A DNA stretch of 64,000 bases from Myxococcota bacterium (lineage in GTDB: Bacteria; Myxococcota_A; UBA9160; UBA6930), in the NCBI GenBank assembly GCA_965223705.1, contig OZ245015.1, positions 384,001 through 448,000 on the forward strand, in the 5' to 3' direction. A program made the translations under genes and the position numbers. Under the pieces are notes generated by a model. That model saw only the letters and a list, made by a program, of their open reading frames with translations. It was not told where the DNA came from and made no database searches. Shown here in pieces: positions 57,575 to 64,000 of the stretch (position 1 is the first letter of the stretch; the number at the start of each line of letters is the position of its first letter).

Positions 57575-59659
57575 ATGTTCCGCACCGCTCAAACCAGCGC
57601 CAATGAGCAGGACTTCCGCAGCGGACCCCTGTTTATGGTGATGGTGGCGATCGCGTGCGGCGCCGCCGGCGCCATCGGCGCCGTGTTCTTCCGCTTCCTC
57701 ATCCGCCTGTTCCAAGGCCTCTTCTTCTTCGGTTGGGCCGGAGTGGAGTCCGTCTTTGCCGAAGGGCTCCTGGCGGAACCCGGAGACCCGCTCGAATTCG
57801 TCGCCCAGCTCCCGCTTTGGGTCATGGTGATGGCTCCCGCCCTGGGCGGCCTGGTGGTAGGTCCCCTGGTCTACTACTTCGCCCGGGAAGCGAAGGGCCA
57901 CGGCGTGCCCGAGGTGATGGAAGCCGTGGCGATCCGGGGCGGGGTGATGCGCCCCCGGGTGGTCGCGGTCAAGACATTCGCTTCCGCCATGACCATCGGG
58001 TCGGGAGGATCCGTCGGTCGCGAAGGACCGATTGTCCAGATCGGTTCGGCCATCGGCTCGGTGATCGGCCAGCTCCTGCGCGTCAACGCCCGCCAGCTCC
58101 GCACCATCGTCGGCTGCGGCGCCGCTGCGGGCGTTGCCGCGACGTTCAACGCGCCCATCGCCGGCGCGCTCTTCGCGGTCGAAGTCATCGTCGGCGATTT
58201 CGCGGTGAGTCAGTTCAGCCCGATCGTCATCTCCGCCGTCGTCGCGACGGTGATTTCGCGCTTCCTCCTCGGCAACCATCCGGCTTTCGAAGTGCCGCCC
58301 TACGAGCTGGTGAGCCCATTCGAAATCGTGGCCTACATGGGTGTCGGGGCGGTCGCGGCCCTGGTTGGGCTCGCTTTCGTGTCGGTGCTCTACCGGTCGG
58401 AAGATCTGTGGGACCGCTTGGATGTTCCCGAGTGGTCGAAGGCGGCCCTGGGGGGCGCGGCCGTGGGCTGCCTCGCGCTGTTTATTCCGAACATCTACGG
58501 CGTCGGCTACAGCACGATCACGCAGGCGCTGAACGGGGAGCTCGGTGCGTCGATGCTGGCGATCCTCTTGATCGCGAAGATCGCGGCTACGAGCACGACC
58601 ATCGGATCTGGCGGCTCGGGCGGGGTTTTCGCGCCGTCGCTTTTCCTCGGGGCCGTGACGGGGGGTCTGTTCGGCACCGTCGTACACCAGTGGTTCCCCG
58701 AGTCGACGGCTTCTTCCGGGGCCTACGCCCTGGTGACGATGGGGGCCGTGGTGGCTGCGACCACCCATGCGCCGATCACCGCGATCATCATCATCTTCGA
58801 GCTGACCCAATCGATCACGATCATCCCGCCACTCATGGCCGCGTGCGTCGTCAGTACCTTGCTCGCGACGTTCTTGCGCAACGATTCGATCTACACGCGG
58901 AAACTCCTCCGGCGCGGCGTCAGTTTGCGCCCGGACGAAGACCCGAACGCATTGCGGAGCTTGTGGGTGCGCGACGCGATCGATCGCGAGCCCGCCACGA
59001 TTCCGGATCGTGCGGGTATCGGAGAAATCGTCGAGCTGCTGGTCGAAAGCGATCATTCCGTCTACTTCGTTCTCGACGAAGACGACCAGCTCATCGGGAC
59101 CATCGACCTTCGCGACGTCCGCCAGCTCCTTTTGGAGCGCGATGTCTTGCGCGCGGTGGTCGTGGCGCGGGATTTATGCGAGCACGACGTGCCAAGTGTC
59201 ACCGAGGACGACAACCTCGACGTCGTGATGCAGATCTTCAGCCTCGAGGAAGTCGAGGAACTCGCCGTAGTCGACGCCGCCAACCCCAAGCGGCTCGTCG
59301 GGAGCATCCACAAGCGGGACGCGATCCAGGCCCTCAATCGGGAAACCGCGCGGCGCGATCTCGCCGGCGGTCTCTCGAGCACCGTGGCTGTTGTCGAGAA
59401 AGTCCGGGAAGTGGAGCTCGGCGGTGGCTATGTGGTGCGCGACGTCCCGGCGCCGCACCGTTTCATCGGTCACTCGCTCGCGGAGCTCGAGATCCGGGCG
59501 CGTACGGGCGTTCAGGTTCTGTTGATTCGAAGCCCCAAGGGCGTCTCCGGCGGGCGCGACCCGATGCGGGTGCCGAGCGCGACGGACCGCATTCAGGCGG
59601 GCGATGTTCTCGTCGTGGCCGGTTCTCGCGAAGGCCTCGACCATCTGGAGCGTCTCTAG
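57575..59659 (+). CDS. ClC chloride channel/antiporter with CBS pair and C-terminal TrkA-C (RCK_C) domain
   Basis: GHGVPE, GSVGREGP, FNAPIAG, GGVFAP; CBS domains; IGHSLAELEIRARTGVQVLLIR...IQAGDVLVVAG. Confidence 0.92.
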   Translation: MFRTAQTSANEQDFRSGPLFMVMVAIACGAAGAIGAVFFRFLIRLFQGLFFFGWAGVESVFAEGLLAEPGDPLEFVAQLPLWVMVMAPALGGLVVGPLVYYFAREAKGHGVPEVMEAVAIRGGVMRPRVVAVKTFASAMTIGSGGSVGREGPIVQIGSAIGSVIGQLLRVNARQLRTIVGCGAAAGVAATFNAPIAGALFAVEVIVGDFAVSQFSPIVISAVVATVISRFLLGNHPAFEVPPYELVSPFEIVAYMGVGAVAALVGLAFVSVLYRSEDLWDRLDVPEWSKAALGGAAVGCLALFIPNIYGVGYSTITQALNGELGASMLAILLIAKIAATSTTIGSGGSGGVFAPSLFLGAVTGGLFGTVVHQWFPESTASSGAYALVTMGAVVAATTHAPITAIIIIFELTQSITIIPPLMAACVVSTLLATFLRNDSIYTRKLLRRGVSLRPDEDPNALRSLWVRDAIDREPATIPDRAGIGEIVELLVESDHSVYFVLDEDDQLIGTIDLRDVRQLLLERDVLRAVVVARDLCEHDVPSVTEDDNLDVVMQIFSLEEVEELAVVDAANPKRLVGSIHKRDAIQALNRETARRDLAGGLSSTVAVVEKVREVELGGGYVVRDVPAPHRFIGHSLAELEIRARTGVQVLLIRSPKGVSGGRDPMRVPSATDRIQAGDVLVVAGSREGLDHLERL

Positions 59660-60183
59660 TCCTTCGCTTCCTCGAGTAGCAGGCGTACACCCCGTGCTCC
59701 GGGGGCTACACGGCCAAGGGATTCCGCCACCAGATCCCCCGTTTCTCGGGTGGTCGCGTTGCCATCGCCGTCGAGTCGCGCGCTGATGAGAAACGGGCCG
59801 CTGAACGGGATGCCCTCGATCATCCGGTCTTCGGGGCCGATCTCGAAATCGAAAGGAAATCGCGGAGTCGTGATGCGTTTGACCGCGGCGGGAGGACCCG
59901 AAGCACCCGAGCGAGCGATGATGAAGAGGACCGAGCCGTTCGGCGCGCTGCTGCCTTCGGCGAGCTCGATTCGGCCGGAAATACCCTGGGCAGATGCCGG
60001 TGCTGCAGCGGCAGCGAGGTCGGGTAGGGTGGGTCCGCCCCCCGCCGCCTGATCCGCACCCGGCGGGAAAATCCGCGCGAGGTCCGGCGGCTCGACCGTT
60101 TCCTCGGGGTCAAAAGGCTCAACGGCTCGGTGACAGGCGAGACCGAGGCAGAGCGCGATCGCGAGTAGGGAGGGATGCCTCAC
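59656..60183 (-). CDS. Lipoprotein with a CycH/CcmI C-terminal Ig-like domain
   Basis: LGLAC lipobox; LFIIAR...PPAAVKR...FPFDF...[11 protein letters not shown]...GDL; start is approximate. Confidence 0.7.
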   Translation of the reverse strand: MRHPSLLAIALCLGLACHRAVEPFDPEETVEPPDLARIFPPGADQAAGGGPTLPDLAAAAAPASAQGISGRIELAEGSSAPNGSVLFIIARSGASGPPAAVKRITTPRFPFDFEIGPEDRMIEGIPFSGPFLISARLDGDGNATTRETGDLVAESLGRVAPGARGVRLLLEEAKD

Positions 60184-60249
60184 AGAAAGCACCCTAGCGG
60201 TCTCGATTGTTGTAGCGCCAGAGGCCGCGATGTAGCATCGAGCCATCCC

Positions 60250-62022
60250 ATGACACAAAAAAACGCGCCCCCCGCCTACGTCTTGCCCGCCCTCGGGAAC
60301 AACCCGTCGACGGAGGCCGAGGGCACGACCCCGGGGAGCTTCGCGAACCCTCCGGCGATCGGAGAGCCCCGGACCTTTAGCTCTCCCGATACGCCGGGAA
60401 TGCCCGGGCCGTCGTCACTCACGGCGTGGGATTTCATGCCTCAAGACTGGCGGTTCGACGGGCGGCGTTGGCACCCGCCCGAGGGCTTCGTCCCGACGAC
60501 GCAGCTCGAACACGCGCGGCTCGGAACGATCACGCCGGAAATGCGCCGCGTCGCCGAGCGCGAAGCGCATCTCCGCCCTGAGCAGGTCCGCGACGAAGTC
60601 GCCGCCGGGCGCATGGTGATCCCGGCGAATCGCAATCACTTGCAGCACGCGCTCGACCCGATGTGCATCGGTCGGGCGAGCCTCACGAAAGTGAACGCGA
60701 ACATGGGAGCGTCGCCGGTCTCGAGCGGAACCGATGAAGAAGTCGAGAAGCTCCGTTTCGCCGAACACTGGGGCGCCGATACGGTGATGGATCTCTCGAC
60801 CGGCGGCGATCTCGACACGACGCGGGAAGCGATCGTCGCGAACGCCGCGGTTCCGATCGGCACGGTTCCCATCTACTCGATGATCATCGATCGGCCGATC
60901 GAGTCGCTCGACGCCGAGGTCGTGCTCGCGAACCTCGAGCATCAGGCGAAGCAGGGCGTCGACTACTTCACGATCCACGCGGGCTTGCTGTACGAGCACC
61001 TGCCCTTGGTCAATCGACGCCTGATCGGCATCGTGAGCCGCGGCGGATCGCTCCTCGCGAAGTGGATGCTCCACCATCGCGAACAGAACCTCATGTACCA
61101 GATCTGGGACGACATCTGCGAAGTGATGCGTCGCCACGACGTGACGTTCTCGATCGGCGATGGGCTTCGCCCCGGTGGTCTGGCCGACGCCACGGACGCC
61201 GCGCAACTCGGCGAGCTGACCGTCCTCGGCGAGCTGACCGAGCGCGCGTGGCGCCACGGTTGTCAGGTGATGGTCGAAGGTCCCGGGCACGTTCCTTTCG
61301 ATCAGATCGAGTACAACATGAAGTTGCAGCGCCGGCTGTGCCACGGCGCACCGTTCTACGTGCTCGGTCCGCTCGTGACCGACATCTTTCCCGGATATGA
61401 CCACATTACGAGCGCGATCGGCGCGACCGCGGCGGCGTACCACGGCGCGGCGATGCTCTGTTACGTGACGCCGAAAGAACACCTGGGACTGCCGAAGCGC
61501 GAAGACGTGAAGCAGGGATGCATCGCGTACAAGATCGCCGCACACGCAGCGGACGTCGCACTCGGCATTCCGGGAGCGCGAGATGCCGACGATGAGCTCA
61601 CGAAAGCCCGCGCCGCGCTCAACTGGGAGCGCCACTTCGAGCTCGCGTTCGACTCCGACACCGCACGCGCGTTTCACGACGAGGATCTCGACGTAGACAC
61701 CGATTTCTGTGCGATGTGCGGGCACGATTGGTGCTCGGTGCGGATCAGCAAAGAGATCCAGCAATTCGCCAGCGGGAAAGACGAAGCCTTCGCCTGGGAT
61801 CAGCCAAAGGTCTCCGCTGCGCTCACCGACGAGCAGCGAAAGATTCTCGAGCAACGCGGCGTGCTCGACCCGGCGGAGATCCATCGGTTGGCGTCCAAGA
61901 CGCGCGCGGCCGTCGGAGGGGACGAGAGCCAGCGCGCGGCTTGCCACAGCGATTTGGCGGACGCACCACTCGCTCGAGAACTTCAAGACGAACGCTTGAG
62001 CAGCGACGCAAGCGGAAACTAG
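60250..62022 (+). CDS. thiC: Phosphomethylpyrimidine synthase
   Basis: [52 protein letters not shown]. Confidence 0.96.
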   Translation: MTQKNAPPAYVLPALGNNPSTEAEGTTPGSFANPPAIGEPRTFSSPDTPGMPGPSSLTAWDFMPQDWRFDGRRWHPPEGFVPTTQLEHARLGTITPEMRRVAEREAHLRPEQVRDEVAAGRMVIPANRNHLQHALDPMCIGRASLTKVNANMGASPVSSGTDEEVEKLRFAEHWGADTVMDLSTGGDLDTTREAIVANAAVPIGTVPIYSMIIDRPIESLDAEVVLANLEHQAKQGVDYFTIHAGLLYEHLPLVNRRLIGIVSRGGSLLAKWMLHHREQNLMYQIWDDICEVMRRHDVTFSIGDGLRPGGLADATDAAQLGELTVLGELTERAWRHGCQVMVEGPGHVPFDQIEYNMKLQRRLCHGAPFYVLGPLVTDIFPGYDHITSAIGATAAAYHGAAMLCYVTPKEHLGLPKREDVKQGCIAYKIAAHAADVALGIPGARDADDELTKARAALNWERHFELAFDSDTARAFHDEDLDVDTDFCAMCGHDWCSVRISKEIQQFASGKDEAFAWDQPKVSAALTDEQRKILEQRGVLDPAEIHRLASKTRAAVGGDESQRAACHSDLADAPLARELQDERLSSDASGN

Positions 62023-62031
62023 GCGGCAATC

Positions 62032-63498
62032 ATGGCTGTGCTCCGCCCGCTCTTATGGGTCGTCCTGTGTCTCACGGCGATCGCGGCGAGTGCCGAGGAA
62101 GCCAAGGAAACCCCGAGAGAAATTTTTGATTCCGGCCTGGCGTGGGTCCAGGCGGAATTTCCCGGCTTCTTTACCGTCGAGGAGCTGTGGGACGGTGTCG
62201 CCCTCACCGGCCTCGACGACGGCGTGCGCGCGTCGCTTTACGACCGGCTCAGTCGCGGCGAATGGTCCAGCGATCTGGGACGGCTCTTCCGCGTGACGTT
62301 CGCCGGGATGTCGACGCAAGCCGGGACCGTCGCCGTCGAGGGACGCGAAACGCTGCAGGTCGTCGCCGGCCTGGCGGCCGAGAGTCGAGATCTCGAGACG
62401 ATCCTGGGCGTGACCGAGCTTCTCACCGAAATGATGGACGACGCGGCGCATCCGTATTCCATCCTCGCCCAGGACCTCTTGTCGGAAAAGATGCGATGCG
62501 GCGCCGCGTCGATCGGGGACCACCGACTCGTGCAGTCGATCGCCGATCGCGTCAATCCGGATCGGGCGTTCGAGCTCGCCGGCACTGACGGAGACATTGG
62601 AGACCGCTACGGGCTTCACCGCGCCGCCGATTTGTTTTCCGTAGCGACCCGCGGCGACGTCGTCGTCGCCGTCGGCTATTTCGGGAGCGTCCTGGTTTCC
62701 CACGATCGGGGCAGCACGTTCGACGCTCCGGCTACGACGACGGACGAGCCGCTCTTCGCCGTCTCTCCGGGCGGACCGGATGAATGGTGGGCCGTCGGGC
62801 GCGGTGGCGTCGTCCTCCATTCCACCGACGACGGTCGGCACTGGGAGCGGCGCGAGACGCCGTTCCAACGGCATTACTTCGGCGTTCGCGGTGCCGGTCC
62901 CGGAGATGCCCTCGTCGTCGGCGACTTCGGTCTGCAGTTGGCGACCGAAGACGGTGGCGCGAACTGGACCTGTTTGCCCCGGGACGAAGACGTCATTCTG
63001 GGACGCGTCGTTCCCGCCGGCGGCGACGCGGTGGTCGTCGGCGAGTTCGGAACGCTGGAACGCTTTTCCGGCAACCGACCCCCCGGGATCCAAGGCGAGA
63101 CCCAGGGTGTCCCGGACGACTTCTACATCTTCGATGCTTGGTTCGATGCGTCGGGGAAGACGGGCGTCGCTGTAGGACTGGCCGGCGCCATTCTCCGGAC
63201 CGAGGACGGCGGCGGGACCTGGACGCGGCAACCGACGTCTTTCGACGCGGATCTCTACGGAGTCGGCGGTCGCGGTACGCGAATCCTCGCTGTCGGCGAG
63301 GGTGGTTTCATCGCGGTCTCGGTCGACGGAGGGAAGAGCTTTCGCGAAAGCCGCGCCGACGCGCCGCCGGTTCCGCTCCACGACGTCGCGATCGGTTCCT
63401 CGGGCGACGCTTATTTCGTCGGGTTGCGCGGCAGCGTATTCCGCATGGATCCCGACTCTGAGCGGGCCGTGCAGCTCCATCCCGAGCCGAGCTCATGA
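62032..63498 (+). CDS. YCF48/BNR-repeat beta-propeller protein with an extra N-terminal domain
   Basis: Signal peptide; repeated AVG..G.(I/V)L.(S/T).DGG.(T/H)W Asp-boxes. Confidence 0.88.
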   Translation: MAVLRPLLWVVLCLTAIAASAEEAKETPREIFDSGLAWVQAEFPGFFTVEELWDGVALTGLDDGVRASLYDRLSRGEWSSDLGRLFRVTFAGMSTQAGTVAVEGRETLQVVAGLAAESRDLETILGVTELLTEMMDDAAHPYSILAQDLLSEKMRCGAASIGDHRLVQSIADRVNPDRAFELAGTDGDIGDRYGLHRAADLFSVATRGDVVVAVGYFGSVLVSHDRGSTFDAPATTTDEPLFAVSPGGPDEWWAVGRGGVVLHSTDDGRHWERRETPFQRHYFGVRGAGPGDALVVGDFGLQLATEDGGANWTCLPRDEDVILGRVVPAGGDAVVVGEFGTLERFSGNRPPGIQGETQGVPDDFYIFDAWFDASGKTGVAVGLAGAILRTEDGGGTWTRQPTSFDADLYGVGGRGTRILAVGEGGFIAVSVDGGKSFRESRADAPPVPLHDVAIGSSGDAYFVGLRGSVFRMDPDSERAVQLHPEPSS

Positions 63499-64000
63499 AC
63501 GCATCCCTCCGCTTCTCGCGGTTTTTCGCGCGTCGGCGCCACTGGTTCGCGCTGGCGATCGCCGCGGTTACGCTGTTTTTCGCGGCGGGTATCCGTCATC
63601 TCGAGATCTACACGCAGTTTCTCGATCTGCTGCCGCGAGACCATCGATACATCAAGACCTACGAGGCCTACCGCGACGTTTACGGAACGGCGAACGCCGT
63701 TGTCGCCGCCGTCGTCGCTCGCGATGGCGATATCTACAGCGAGGAAGTCCTCGAGGCCGTGAGTTTTCTGACGGACGGCATGGACTCGTCCGTGGTCGCT
63801 CCCGCGGTGAACGCGCGGCCGGTCAGCGATTTCATTCATCCGGAGGGATGGATTTCAAAGGCGGTGCTGTCCGTGGTTCGCGCGACGGACGCACTCTTCG
63901 CGAGACCCGCCAACGTCGCAGCGAAAACCGGGGTGGAGCACAACCGCACCCAGAGCCTGACCCATCGGACAGTCCGAGATCAGCGCGTTCGCTTGGACGG
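63495..64000 (+). CDS. MMPL/RND-family transporter, 3'-truncated by the window edge
   Basis: ATGA overlap; MNASLRFSRFFARRRHWFALAIAAVTLFFAAGIRHLEIYTQFLDLLPRDHRYI...YGTANAV...DGDIY; follows a YCF48 gene. Confidence 0.8.
   Translation, partial: MNASLRFSRFFARRRHWFALAIAAVTLFFAAGIRHLEIYTQFLDLLPRDHRYIKTYEAYRDVYGTANAVVAAVVARDGDIYSEEVLEAVSFLTDGMDSSVVAPAVNARPVSDFIHPEGWISKAVLSVVRATDALFARPANVAAKTGVEHNRTQSLTHRTVRDQRVRLD

Overview
A 64 kb, high-GC, very gene-dense bacterial chromosomal segment with many 1-20 bp start/stop overlaps. Gene content suggests Myxococcota or a related former deltaproteobacterial lineage (inference only). I found no rRNA, tRNA, CRISPR array, integrase or transposase. Most of the window is housekeeping: glcDEF (glcD frameshifted), cimA, sppA, an ECF sigma/anti-sigma/DUF3106 trio, thiI, pal, DnaQ-DinG, map, argD, folB, sfsA-mutY-Smr, aroC, pckA, a ClC channel, thiC, and the start of a YCF48/MMPL pair. 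The most striking block is an ~11.8 kb lipid-synthesis operon (30213-41993). It encodes a FabL/FabI-like reductase, FabH, FabG, FabZ, FabF, an ACP with a non-canonical NSA attachment motif, an acyltransferase, its own PPTase and an 1864-aa single-chain acyl-CoA carboxylase with a eukaryote-like layout. It lacks fabD and is preceded by two operator-like palindromes. Other candidates for unexplored biology are a coupled DUF455 di-iron protein plus ATP-grasp pair, two independent 33-bp tandem arrays that each re-copy a gene's stop-codon region, and a pair of large orphan lipoproteins. All product calls come from motif recognition by eye; no database search was run.
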